A stretch of DNA of 63,445 nucleotides, the filler included, from Octopus bimaculoides (Eukaryota), in the NCBI RefSeq assembly GCF_001194135.2. It is 5 parts of 5 records of this genome, joined end to end, with 100 filler letters (N's around TTAATTAATTAA, not from the genome) between each part and the next. Parts side by side here need not be neighbours in the genome. Positions count along the whole stretch, not along the records: positions 51,010 to 60,537 come from NC_069000.1; positions 60,638 to 63,445 come from NC_068991.1; 3 more parts are not named here. One strand, 5' to 3'. Each line of letters begins with the position of its first letter. The stretch's first letter is position 1. Below the pieces are notes generated by a model, which saw only the letters and a list, made by a program, of their open reading frames with translations, had not been told where the DNA came from and did not search any database. Shown one piece after another: positions 51,166-63,445 of this stretch. Made by a program: the position numbers and the translations under genes.

Positions 51166-54100
51166 TTGGAAAAGAAAAGAATCCTAACAGCGAGCTACAA
51201 CAAGTTTCCTTAGATGCCAAGAACCCGCCTGTTGGGTTACAGCAAGTAACCTTAGATGCCAAGAATCCTCCTAAGTATCCTAGCGGTCCCTAATAGCTCA
51301 GTTTTCTGCAGCTGTACTAAACTATGCCTATTTCCTCTATCCCTCTCATCAGATCTTTAGGGATAGTTCCTAATGCACTTATAACTATTGGGATTAATTT
51401 TTACCGGCACTTTCCATAGTCTCTGTAATTCAATATCTAGGTCCTGTTACTTTGCTATTTCTTCTATACTTCTTATATTAAGTTTTTCCTCATTTGGGAC
51501 TGCAAAGTCAATTATCTGGCACTTTCTATTCTCTTTATTACTACCAAATCAGGCATTCTAGCTTCTATTACTCTGTCAGTCGGAATGTTGAAGTCCCCAA
51601 CATCTTGTATTTCTTATTTTCTAGTATTTTACTAGATTCATGATCATACCGTTTATCAGTATGTTCAAATCCTAGCTTTCTACATATTTACCAGTGGATT
51701 GCTCTCCCTAAATTGTCATGTCTTTTCTTGCGTTCTTTCTCTGTCAGCATGCTACATTCACTTACTCTATGAGTAACTGTTTCCTCTTTTGAGTTGCATA
51801 ATCTACATTGGGAATCTACTTGGTTTCTATCCAATTAGTCCTTAATGCTTGATCTTATGCAGCTGCTAACAAACATTGTCTCCCTCTTCAGCTTTCCCTT
51901 CTGCAACCATAACCATGTCTAACTACTACTATTTGTTGAAACTATCTTTGTGAATCTACCATGCAACGCCTTCTCCTGCCAGTCAGACAATTTCTGTTCT
52001 TTTTTCTGGTTTTGAAGTTCGTTTTGTGTTTTGGTTTCCCTGTGTAGCTGTGACTCTAACAGCTTTTAATAAACTTTCTTCACTATTACCTACATAGGAG
52101 TCTATATCTATTCTAGCTAACTCCACGCAGTCTTCCACTGATATCAACCCTCTTCCGCCTTCTTTTCTAGATAGGTATAACCTTGTTACTCCTGGCCTTG
52201 GGTGGAGTCCTCCATTCATACTGAATTCCTTCCTAGTTATTCCGTGTAGTTTTGCTAATTCAGTTTTTGCCCAATCTTCTAAAGCTGTTGAGTAGCTATG
52301 TAATGATACTGCCCAAGTATTTACAGCCTTCACTAGATTCGAACCATTTAGCTTTAACTTCATTAGCTTCCTCACCCTTCTGATGTACTCCTTCTCAATT
52401 TTCATTTTCATTTCTATAGTTAGTACTCTGTCAGATTCTAATACTCCGAGATACTTATGACTCTCTCCACCTTTCAATGATTTTAATGTCTAGCCATCTG
52501 GTAATTGGATGCCTTCGCTGTTGACTACCTGTCCCTTTCTCAGAAGAATCTTACAGTCTGTATTAAGGAATCTATATATTTTTCATGTAGATCAAATGGC
52601 TAATTTTTCCCTTACTATTTCTGAGATGATACCCTGCCTTTGCCTTCCTGAATACTAAACTGAAGCGGATCAAACATAAGACAAATATTAAAGGAGACAG
52701 CGAGTCCCCCTGGAAAATTCCTCTTTTGATATTATCTTACGCAGAGAATGTCACCTGAGTAGAGATCTACTTTCCATTTCTTCATGCTAAAGATAATTAA
52801 TTCTCTTATGTTGTCTGCTATACTGAATATACTCAAACGTTCACTTGTCTATGAGTGTGTGCTCATGGCAAAGGCTTTCCTATAATCTATCCATGCTATT
52901 GTCAGATTTTTCTTTCTAGCTTTTACTTCATTTAGAACAGCTTTGTCTATATATTATAGGTCACGCGTTCCTCTAGCCTTCTTCCTGCAACCTTTCTGTT
53001 CTTCTGGCAGTAAATTCTGGTTGTCAAGGTGCTCGTAAATACTTTCTGAAAGCATTCCTGTTACCAGTTTCTACACTAATGGTAAGTGATTAATCTATAG
53101 TTGCTAGCTGCATTACCCTTGCTCTTATCTTTCTTAATGAGCATTGTCCTCCCTCTAGTCATCCAATCTCGTATTATTAAGGCAATTCTCAAGTTGTTCC
53201 CTCAGCTTCCCATGTAAACTACTGAATTTCATTATCCAGTACCCTTGAACTGAATCTGGTCCTGGGCCCTTCTAATTCGGCATTTTTCCTAACACTCTTC
53301 TCATTAATGCACTAGTTAATCTTAGACCTGGCTGCTTCTCACTCTCTACTTCTACCCTCAATTTCTTTAACCATACTGCATCCCCATTATGATTGACTGG
53401 TTGTTTATCCCAAATATTACTCTAGAACTTTCTAGCTTTTTCTACATTACGTTTCTCATCTTCATCACTTCGTTCTCCACCATTTATTTGGTTATAAAAT
53501 CTCCTCTGGTCTGTCTCAAATAATCTATTCTGGTGATACCGATCTATTCTTTTCTGATAACTGGAGAGCTTCCCTGCTGCTGCTATGATACGCTGTTTCA
53601 ACTCTTCTATTACTGTCCAAAGTCCTTTCTGTTTGACTAAATATCTTTTCTCGAAGGAAGATTTGCATCTCGTGTTTCCTAACTTCTTCATTTTACAGGT
53701 TTCTATTCCACTCAGATCTTGCCTAAAAACCTTTACTTTATTTGTAGTCTCCATTTCCACATTTACCCTTTTTAATCTTTCTCTGTGAGATATCTAATCT
53801 TTTGGTGACTACTAACCATCCTGCATAGATCAATAATTTATTGTCTTCTATATTTATACTTTCTATCCTTCTGATAACAGAGTCCACTTTCCTAGTCATT
53901 TCTTGTAGCTTCCTTCTGCTGATGTCTTTCAATGATGGTAATCTTTTCCTCAGTTCTTTACTCATTACTTCCTGCAGCTCATCTAAACTCTTCTGATCTT
54001 CCTCACTTAAATCTTCTTAAGTTGCTGGTGCCAGTTGTCCCTTCTTTATTGGTAGCGCTATTATTATTTTTTTCTAGGTACTTCTTTGGTTTGAGATGTA

Positions 54101-54500
54101 TCTCTTATGTTGATTGTCTTTCCCACTGCCTGGTCTTTCTTTTCCAGTTTTCTTGTGATCTCTTCTACTCCCAATTCTGTCATCCACTTTCATCCCCTAA
54201 TAACATTAGCTTGATCAACTAATCTCTTTTCAATCACTTTAAACGTACCCTTCTCTACCCAAAGTGTTAACAGAGTGTTAACACTGGTTAACCCAAAGTG
54301 ATGACAGCTGGGCTCAGTCTGCATCTTTACTGATCCACTGCCGCGCAAGAGGCTTTCCCTAAAAGGTCCACCTTCATTTTCACTGTTACAACCAGAGATT
54401 TTCGAAAACTTCTGTCTCTCATAAACTGAGGTAAAGTAACGTTCTTCACCATCATTATCACCATTATTTTTTCTTGACATCTGAAAGTTTCAAGCAAGTT
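51166..54500 (-). mobile_element. R4/Dong-clade non-LTR retrotransposon (RT + CCHC + restriction-like endonuclease), inactivated
   Basis: KRLVDQANVIR, EQKGC, AWIDYRKAF, KRGIFQGDSLSPLIF, mutated YMDD (YMKN), CRLC..ETVTH..SEC, PDLVVI..IIDFAVP, ELLGTARILRRILG*; many stops. Confidence 0.88.
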
Positions 54501-54879
54501 TCTACTGCATTATTTGTTGCATGTTTGTGCTGGTGGGGTAGTGTGTGCTGGATATTTTTCTGGTGGGGGATATTGTATTGTATTAGTACGTTTTATTATG
54601 GGGTTTTGTTAGAGTCTTCGGCTGTGTTAGTTTTTATCTTGTGTGCTGTTTGTGCGGCGCAGGTTGTGTTCTTCTGTCGGGTATCGGCCTTCTATGGCAC
54701 ATGTTGTGGGTTTTGTTCATTTTGTTGGGTATTTAGAGGTATATAGAGTTTATTCTTGTATGATTTTGGAGAGGTGTTGCATATTAGTGTGTGTGTGTGT
54801 GTAACTCTTAAATCAACTATTTTATATTTGTGATTATCCGCCCGCCGTTCTTTTGCTTGATTTTGTTATGGGTTCCGTT

Positions 54880-54896
54880 AATTATTATTATTATTG

Positions 54897-54933
<37 letters not shown>

Positions 54934-54955
54934 TATTATTATTATTATTATTACT
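54880..54955. repeat. (TTA)n/(TAA)n microsatellite
   Basis: Direct inspection; lies about 400 bp upstream of the start of the Dong-like ORF. Confidence 0.95.
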
Positions 54956-55704
54956 TTCATTTCAGTTCAATTTCCATTTCTTGCCGAGTGCCTTCCTGAC
55001 ACCTAGGGTAGAGACACGCACTATATACATTTGTAGGCCATTAAAACAATCACACCAGATTGTTCATTTACAAAGTCATGTGATAGAAAAATGGGGATGA
55101 AAGACTGAGAGAAAAAGAAAAAATATAAAATATAAAAATAAACAAAAAATAAAGGGCAAAAAGAGAAAGAAAATTCACAGCGACAGTGCTCTTCTCAGTA
55201 CGTGTGACGTAGCAGTTAATACAATATTTTGCGCTTCTTGCATGAATGGTAATCCAGAGATCATTCTGAAATAATTTTCAGTTCCCTTATCATCATTTCA
55301 AGAGCTCCTACAATCACTGGTATTGTAACCGTCTTGAGCTGCTGTCTTTGCTCCAACTACTGTGTAGTATTATTAAATGTTGTTTAATTTTGATTTTGTC
55401 TTGTACTTGAGATAATCATAAATATGTGAGGTCTGGAGTAGATAGTAGGAGAAAGAGAAGCAGCTTCGTGAATAGACCAAAGTCTACAGGTCTGAAAATG
55501 AGTTCAGCAGATGGTGAGAAGGAGATCAATGATGGAGCTTCGCATCCCTGTGCGATCAGGGGTCAAAAAAAGCGTCAGACCCTTGCGGTCAGCAGAGCTC
55601 AAATGTGCTTACTACTAGCGATCAATCAGAGCGCCGACCTTGGCCTCGAAAAGAACCAATTCACCTTGCTCTGTTTTTAATTACTGATAGAAAATAATAA
55701 TATA

Positions 55705-56760
55705 CAGGGTGCGTAAGGTATTTGAGGAATACCATTTTGGGGACACTGCTGCGTATTTTGCTAACACTGTATAATCTTTGATTCAGAAAATAATAATGGC
55801 AGACCCTCAGCGTACTCAAGAAATGAAGAGGCATACTGTTATTGTGGTTGTAAAGGATGAGAATATTTTGATTTTTAAAAGTTGCCAGATCTTTCGTTGA
55901 CAAAGTTTGTAAGGAGCTAGAGACTGAAAATGGAAACGTATCACCAGTATCAAAGCATAAAAAGCATTCTAAACGCTCTGAAATTACCAGAACACCTGAA
56001 TGTATACAGTAAGTTCAACAGACCATTGATTACAATCCCGGAAAGTCCATGCGGTCAATTGCAAAAGATCTCCATGTGTGAGAAGGAACAGTCAGAAATG
56101 TTATCCACGAAGACATCAGATATAAGTCTTATATGATGAGGAAAGGTCAATTTGTCAGAAAAGGCAAAAGAAAATCACTACATCAGATCTAAAAAGTTCT
56201 TAAACAAACCGAAAAATTCAACAGAAGATTTGATTTGGTTTTTCTCAAACGAGAAAAACTTCGATCAAGATCAAAAGTTAACAGAAGAAATGACAGATGG
56301 TTGTGTGCAGACCCTTCTGAAGTTTCAAGTGTTATGTATACAAAATTTCCTGCAACTGTCATGGTTTGAGGGGTTGTCAGCAATGAAGGACATGTGATGC
56401 CGCCTTACTTCTTTCCACGAGGCCTTAGAGTTAATTCTGCCGCCTGCATTGAGGTCCTGGAAATAATTGTTAAACCCTGGATAGACAGTGTATGCAGTGG
56501 AAGGCCATATGTGTATCGTTAAGACTCTGCACTATCACGCATGGCTCTAGTAACACAGGAATGGATGGATGAAAATTTTCATGAGCACATAACCCCTAAC
56601 GTTTGGCCTCCAAATTCCCCAGATCACAATCCATTGGGATATTGCACGAGGAGTGTTGTTGAGAGAGGTCAATGTACACACCCATAGCACCAAAGATTCT
56701 TTGAAAGCTGCCATAGTCAGAGTAATGTCCAGAATGAACCAGGACCACTTGATTCAAGAT
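55705..56760 (+). mobile_element. Tc1/mariner DD37D (maT) transposon, 3'-truncated
   Basis: TA|CAGGGTG start; WFFSNEKNFDQ, KFPATVMV, DSALSRMALVTQEWM..VWPPNSPDHNPLGY with 37-residue spacing and the third Asp mutated. Confidence 0.85.
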
Positions 56761-57814
56761 TTAACTTGGCATATAAATGCATTGCGCACAACATAATACA
56801 CAATTCTACTCGCCATTACATCGGGTCTACTATTCCTTTTAAACTAGTGGTTCCCAACTGATTTTTGGCCATACCCCAGCGAATCATTAAATAATAATAG
56901 CAACGGTGTTAGTGTTTCGGATGTTAATTCCAATCGCAATCTTTTCCTTAGCAGTAATTCTCAGACTAGAAACTCTATTTATCAATGTAAAATTACTTCC
57001 GGTTCTGACGTCTCTTTTTATACAGGTAGTTCTTCATCTCATTTGTCCAAAAGAATATCTAATCACTTACTCTACATTTAGACATATCAATAAACGTAAC
57101 AATGGTGGGCTTAGTAATTTTATTTGCTATCGTAATAAACAATTTGATTTGGAATGGAATATTCTGTCTGTATCATTTCCATATGATAAAGGTAAATATT
57201 TTTGTCCGCTTTGTAACGATAAAATGTACTTCATCCTGTTCTCTGAGAATCCTGTTGTAGACACGTTTATAGAACTCGTTTATCGTTGCAAACATTGGCA
57301 AAAACATACGTTTATTTACTATAAGTGATTTCTACCATTCTATAAAGTTCGACCTTTGAATGTCTTCTTACATTCCACTTCCACTAAATATATCTACTTC
57401 CAAGCCTTTAAGCTTTATTCCTATTCACCTATCGCTCTATATCTCTCCACTATTAGTTCTCTGCTAATTTCTATCTTTCGCCTCCTTCTCTTTCTATAAA
57501 TTACCTTTGACGTTATATCTACTAACGGTTTTTTAAAAGAAAAATTGCTAGCATTCCCTTCATCATATACGCAGTCATCAGATTCTGTTAAAATGTCTTA
57601 TTGATGTGTTTAGTTTCTTTCTTTCCCTGCTGCGGAGATTGCATTGTTTTACATCATTTTATTCCTTCCGGAATAATACCAAAGTTTTCTTCGAAACATA
57701 TGTTGGAAGTAAAAAGATTTGAATAAGACCTGCGTTTAACTCCATTTATATATATATATGTATGTGTATACATGTATGTGTATGTATATACATACATATA
57801 TACATGCATACATA

Positions 57815-59057
57815 CGAGGGTGGATTAGCTGACTATGAGGGGAGGATGCTAGAGTTGTGAAATCTTGCATGTATTAATTTCAACCCTTCTTCGTAATTAC
57901 TGCATTTCTTTTCTCTAGACTATCTCACTATTCAGAGGACACTTCAAAAGTAGCCAGTAGCGACTACAGTTGAAAATGGACAAAATTTGGCACCGTGGAC
58001 CTGTTATTAAATACCTGCGGACAAAAGCTTTAGCCCATAAGGACTTTCATACTAACATATTTGGTACATAAAGGACGAGGCTCCAGCTTTATCAAAAATG
58101 CAAACGTGGGCCTCTGAATTTAGGAGAGGAACGGAGACAGAGGAACGTCCCACAGCTGCTACTACCGAGGAAAACATTGATCGCGTTCATCATATGGTGA
58201 TAGATGACAGGTGATTGAGAATAAATCAAATAGCGAATGCTAGTAGCATATCGCGTGAGAATGTTGAGAATATTCTATACAATGAACTTGGCGTGAACTT
58301 GGCGTGGCGAAGGTTTCTGCTTGGTGGCTGAAACATCTGACACATGTTCAAAAGTGCACCAGGCCGACCACATCACGGAAAAATCTGACATTGTTTGAGG
58401 CAGACCCATCTGGTTTCTTTAAACGTTTCCTAACCCAGGATGAATGTATGGTTCATCATTTTGGGCCAGACATAAAGGAACAATCCATGCGGTGGAATAA
58501 CCTCTCCTCGCCTGTTCTAAAGAAGGCTACGTTCGTTTCATCTGCACTGAAGGTGACGACCTAAATTTTTCGGATGCAAAATGCATTGTATTTATTGACA
58601 GTCTCTAAAAGAGCCACACCGTCAATGGAGATTACGATGCCAGTTTACTGAGGCACTCACGAAAGCCCTAACTACCATGAAAACTGACGAAAGAAGTTTT
58701 GTTTCATCACTACAATGCTCCAGCACACAAGTCTTTGGTTTCAACGGTTGCTTTGTGTGACTGTGGTTTGTGACTGGTTGATCAGCCTCCTTATTCTCTT
58801 GATTTTACCCCATCTGACTATCATTGCCAACATGAAAAAAACATTTGGATGAGAACTAGTATGCCTTTGATGATGACGTCATACCTGCTGTTAATGAGGT
58901 TTTTCACTAGCAAGATGAAAGCGTCTTCACCAATGGGACCCAAGTAATGCAACACCGATGGAGACCGCAATGGGTTTTATGTTGAAAAAGAAACCTCATT
59001 TAGTTACATTCTACGAGGGTATCTTGGTTAGCCTAAGAACTTTTCGACCAAAACTCG
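57815..59057 (+). mobile_element. Mariner (DD34D, irritans-like) transposon, inactivated
   Basis: TA|CGAGGG start and ..ctcg end; MDKIWHRG..IKYL, RFLTQDE..HHF, HHYNAPAHKS, QPPYSLDFTPSDY. Confidence 0.85.
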
Positions 59058-59087
59058 TGCGTGTGTGTATGTGCGTGCGTGCGTGCA

Positions 59088-59119
<32 letters not shown>

Positions 59120-59244
59120 AGCATATATATATATATATATATATATATATTGAAAACAAAGTTATTTTGTTCTACACAAGTAGAAATATAGAAAATGCAC
59201 TGGGATTCGTTCAGATTTTCTGTTTTTAAAATTTGAAAGACTTA

Positions 59245-60520
59245 ACCGGTTTCCCAGATTAATGGGGCCTGATCCGCATTACCAATCAATGACAATGGGT
59301 AATCCTTTTCCCGTCACATTTTAATAATAAACTTTTGAAAGTTCATTAACTTCTCTTCAATATAAGCTGGTAACTTTTGTGAAATGTGGGTTTGCCTCCT
59401 AATAGACAAGTCATGCCTTGACATACAGTTACTGGCCCAGCCACGTGATGCTTTGAATTCTGACTCATTAAGTTTTATCTTTTTAGCAATGAGTTTTGCC
59501 TGTAGCCTCAAATCTACTGTATTAATGGCTATTCCACTAAGTCTTCTTTCCTCTATCCACTCAAGCAAATTTTTTTCAAGCTCAGGATGTTTGGCTTTTT
59601 TCCGCCTTCTTGCCTTCTTTATCTTTGGCATCTGTTTAATTTCGTCTTTATTTGTTCTCCATAACCTGACATTGCTTACGTCAGCATCAAATTTTCTTCC
59701 GGCGGCCCTATTACCATGCTCTTGAGCATATGATATAACTTCAAGTTTAAACATAGCTGAATAAGATCTACGAGGCATTTTATGGGCCTGCAATGCATAA
59801 AATGTTTTATTGGAGATTAATGAAGAGGTAAAAAACCCTAGTAAAGACCCACAGTAGTTCAAACGGTATTTAATTAAGTATCTATTGTTTGCCATGGTAA
59901 CGATGCAGGATGAACTATTTAGCGCTAAACTATTAAGCAGGCTTAGCTGGGTGGTGGTGATTGTCTCCCCCTTGTAAACATAAGGACACAGGAAATGTGT
60001 CAAGGCCAACAGGAAGCGGTGCAGCTTCCTAGGGCTAAATAGCAGTAATATAATTCCCGTCATGGGGCTGTCACATTAAGTTGACAGCATACAACTACTT
60101 TATTAAGCACAATTCGTGCGTAATTAAGTCAGCAGCACCTAGTCGAACATACACTTCCGCGCATGTGTAATACAATAATGGTGATGTTCTTAATTGTTAT
60201 ATGGGAATGTAAATATGTTTGCGAATTGTTTTTGTTACATGTTATTCTGTGTTCTGAATACTTTTATTTTAATAAATGTTGCTTACTGCAAGTTATGGAT
60301 GATTCTTTTATGACTTCATTTCTTTCAGGCTTAGCTTAAGATATTTTCGCGCCCGACATCACAAAATGCGTCTGAATAAACATTGCCGGGACAGCAAATA
60401 GAGACTCGGATATTGCTTAGAAAATATTTTTCATTTTTAACCTCGTATATAGTACGCAATAGGGATTTTGGCCTTTACATTTTTTGAAAGAAAAATGCGG
60501 ATTATACTCGAGGATTTACG
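59245..60520 (-). mobile_element. pogo/POGK-like DNA transposon, 3'-truncated
   Basis: 5' TIR-like TA|CGTAAATCCTCGAGTATAATCCGCA at 60520; transposase breaks off just after GNADQAP; no second TIR seen. Confidence 0.85.
59314..59778 (-). CDS. Truncated pogo transposase ORF (154 aa): Brinker-type DBD plus CENP-B-type HTH
   Basis: MPRRSYSAMFKLEVISYAQEHGNRAAGRKF..KHPELEKNLLEWIEERR..FKASRGW..RHDLSIRRQT; ends at a TGA before the DDE domain. Confidence 0.6.
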   Translation of the reverse strand: MPRRSYSAMFKLEVISYAQEHGNRAAGRKFDADVSNVRLWRTNKDEIKQMPKIKKARRRKKAKHPELEKNLLEWIEERRLSGIAINTVDLRLQAKLIAKKIKLNESEFKASRGWASNCMSRHDLSIRRQTHISQKLPAYIEEKLMNFQKFIIKM

Positions 60521-60537
60521 ATATATATATATATATA

Positions 60538-60637
60538 NNNNNNNNNNNNNNNNNNNNNNNNNNNNNNNNNNNNNNNNNNNNTTAATTAATTAANNNNNNN
60601 NNNNNNNNNNNNNNNNNNNNNNNNNNNNNNNNNNNNN
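60538..60637. other. Synthetic scaffold spacer
   Basis: 44 N + TTAATTAATTAA (60582-60593) + 44 N. Confidence 0.97.
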
Positions 60638-60679
<42 letters not shown>

Positions 60680-62134
60680 CATGCATATACATATACGTAT
60701 ATATGCATGTATACTTATACATACTTTATACATACTTTATACATATGTCAATGTGTCTCCATATACGAATACATATATACATTCATATATGGGTGTTCGT
60801 ACGCATATATGTAAACTTCATCTAACAATATGTGAACATAGATATATGTTTACGAGGTTGTGTCACCGCGTATAGATGCCTATGCGTATATATAATTATA
60901 CATTCTTGAGCGCTTGTGTGTATACGCATATTCAACAAATGTCCTCATATATACACATACGTATTCGTATGCAAACACTCACATACATACACGTATGTAT
61001 ATACATATGGTTATGTATATATGTGTTTGCGTGTTATTAAATTCTAAAGACATAATAATATATTTGCAATGTATGTAATGAAAACAGGAACTAAGGACCA
61101 GCAAGAACAAAAAGCGACCTAAAGCTACCTGTCCTCATATTATGACCATATTTAGTGGCAAAAAAAAAAGCTTATTGAGTTGACTCCGTATTTAACTCAA
61201 ACCGGCTGACAATGAGTCATGAATTGGTGCTTTATTGTCTGGATGGAACACCTTAGTGTAAGTCACGGGGGTGGGTAAATATACGGAGACAAGTCAGCAT
61301 CGCAGACACGTGTAAATTACGTGGAGTTATTAAGCGCGCGCACGCACGCACACACACACACACACACACACACAGAGAAACGCAAAAGCATATACGTACA
61401 TACATGCACACACGTAGGTATGTGCGTATATAAGTAATCTATACGAGTGCGTCTGTCCATGTATATGCATATACATGCNNNNNNNNNNNNNNNNNNNNNN
61501 NNNNNNNNNNNNNNNNNNNNNNNNNNNNNNNNNNNNNNNNNNNNNNNNNNNNNNNNNNNNNNNNNNNNNNNNNNNNNNNNNNNNNNNNNNNNNNNNNNNN
61601 NNNNNNNNNNNNNNNNNNNNNNNNNNNNNNNNNNNNNNNNNNNNNNNNNNNNNNNNNNNNNNNNNNNNNNNNNNNNNNNNNNNNNNNNNNNNNNNNNNNN
61701 NNNNNNNNNNNNNNNNNNNNNNNNNNNNNNNNNNNNNNNNNNNNNNNNNNNNNNNNNNNNNNNNNNNNNNNNNNNNNNNNNNNNNNNNNNNNNNNNNNNN
61801 NNNNNNNNNNNNNNNNNNNNNNNNNNNNNNNNNNNNNATATATATATATATACATACATATATATATACTTATATGTGTATCTTTCTCTCTCTCCCTCTT
61901 TCTCTCTAACACTTTGAACTCTATACCAAACTATATTTAAAGAAGACTTCAACGAAAATACTGTTTGTACTTCAAATTTTCATAAATCTTTACTTATATT
62001 TGATAAGATGAGATTCATTATCGAAACCCCTAATATTTTCTTTATATAAACTTGAAAATCGTTTTTATTAAATTCCTTCTTAAATTGAAATGTCTTAGGA
62101 TTTACTTCTGTGCTATTACCGCCTCTATCTTTTG

Positions 62135-62165
<31 letters not shown>

Positions 62166-62260
62166 GGTTGATTTTTAGATGCATTGTTAGGTATATGTTT
62201 TCTTAGCTCTCTTCTTGGTGCTATCAGAAAGCAGAATGGCGTCTTCTTCCCTATAGAGTA

Positions 62261-62615
62261 CTTGCTGAACTGAATTCGCCATTGTGCTTCAATTCCACGC
62301 TCTTTGAATAAAATACTTTGTGGTGTTTGTTCAGGATCGCAAATTCGATGAAGAGGTCAGACATATTACTTGTTGCCGGATGGAATATTATTGAAAAAAA
62401 AAAAAACACCTCACAATTGGCATGAGTTGAACATCTATGATCAAAGGTCGTTTAAATTGATACTGAGGTGGTGTTTAAAGAATGTGTAAGACACGCAAAT
62501 GAAGAGGTGGATCAGATTATCTATTGAGATCTTTGGATTTCTCTATAGCATTAGAAAGGTAGTTAATCTGAGGTAGCGTGGAATCGAAGAACAATGGCGA
62601 ATTCAGTTCAGCAAG
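62261..62615. repeat. 41-bp inverted repeat pair (39/41 match) enclosing 273 bp; possible MITE
   Basis: cttgctgaactgaattcgccattgtgcttcaattccacgct (62261-62301) versus agcgtggaatcgaagaacaatggcgaattcagttcagcaag (62575-62615). Confidence 0.8.
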
Positions 62616-62869
62616 GGAAAAAGGAAAAAAAGTCACCATTCCGCTTTCTAATAACATCAAGAATAGAGCAAAGAAAACATGTACCTAACTATGCATCTAA
62701 AAATCAACCATGAAATATATATATTACTTGGTAAAGTCCGGTTGGATTAACTGGAGCGATGTTAGGGACCTGATTTTCAAAGACTCGAAACACGCTACAA
62801 CTTATGTAATACCAAAGAATTGCAGATGACTTATGAACTGTTCAAACCAATATAAACATGGCGATTGAT

Positions 62870-63250
62870 TCATCTTCAAAGATGACTACCGCCTCTTTCA
62901 GTTTTCTTCTGGTCAATGGCATTTCTGACATTCCGTCTATGACCTCTCAGTTGTCTATTTAGTCCCGCTGCAGATATTCATGCTTTGAAGTATAGATGGC
63001 AGACGACAGCTATATCAAATGGATTGTTCGGGTTATTCTGTCCAATATGATCTCTATGAACCGCCATATTTTTCTTTGGATACATGTTGTTGCTGTTATG
63101 CTAAACTATCATTTCTCCAAATTTGACCGAATACATTTTTTTCAATATTTAGTTTTGCTTGTAATAGCCGGTTCTTTTGGTCAAACTATAGCATCTCCAG
63201 CTTTTTCAGATGCCAACATATCAACAATTGTCAAAGTGTAGTACAACGGT
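62870..63250 (-). mobile_element. Possible very old RTE-like LINE 3' remnant
   Basis: Weak resemblance only (VFGQIW, a WR motif, gtagtcatctttgaagatga tail); heavily degenerate. Confidence 0.25.
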
Positions 63251-63445
63251 TTTACTTTGGAGTGGTGAAACTATTTTTTTCGTTTTCTGCAAAAGCAACG
63301 TTTTAGACTTACGACACTTTTGCATAATAGCAACGACGTACGTAAGCTTGTATATAAGTGCGCATTAAGTTGTATATATGTATGTATTTAAGTTAAATGT
63401 ATATATGCATGTGTTTAAGTTATATATATATATATATATATATAT

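Noticed and set aside
55420-55680. TPDRTGMRSSIIDLLLT resembling a LINE AP-endonuclease motif (minus strand)
   Set aside because: One short motif amid stops; insufficient
56906-57328. 140-aa ORF with CPLC/CKH, suggesting a zinc finger
   Set aside because: Composition is that of AT-rich antisense sequence; the opposite strand looks vaguely like decayed PLE sequence; neither is supportable

Overview
AT-rich, microsatellite-dense, gap-riddled eukaryotic DNA. The repeat vocabulary (tRNA-headed SINE families, Penelope-like elements, DD37D mariners, R4/Dong-like LINE) points to an octopod cephalopod, probably Octopus; this is inferred from repeat recognition, not a database search. Four identical synthetic spacers (44 N + TTAATTAATTAA + 44 N) split the window into five segments: 1-25362, 25463-34645, 34746-50909, 51010-60537 and 60638-63445. 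Adjacency across them is not supported at base level. I could not identify any host protein-coding gene; nearly all listed ORFs are microsatellite or N-gap artefacts or transposon debris. Recognisable content: three SINE families in many copies, a hATm-like transposase pseudogene, two head-to-tail Penelope-like retroelements of different lineages (RT + GIY-YIG), three DD37D (maT) transposons, a DD34D mariner, a two-headed mariner derivative, a pogo/POGK-like element with an intact DNA-binding ORF, and an R4/Dong-like RLE retrotransposon beside a (TAA)n tract. The most notable hand-found items are a near-perfect minimal type I hammerhead ribozyme with a non-canonical CCGAUGA core (19689-19732, minus) and a second dispersed repeat family with a CUGUUGA hammerhead-like core. 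Also notable are an inverted pair of about 94%-identical SINEs, candidate splice signals of an unrecognised minus-strand transcript, and a 41-bp inverted-repeat-bounded element near the end.
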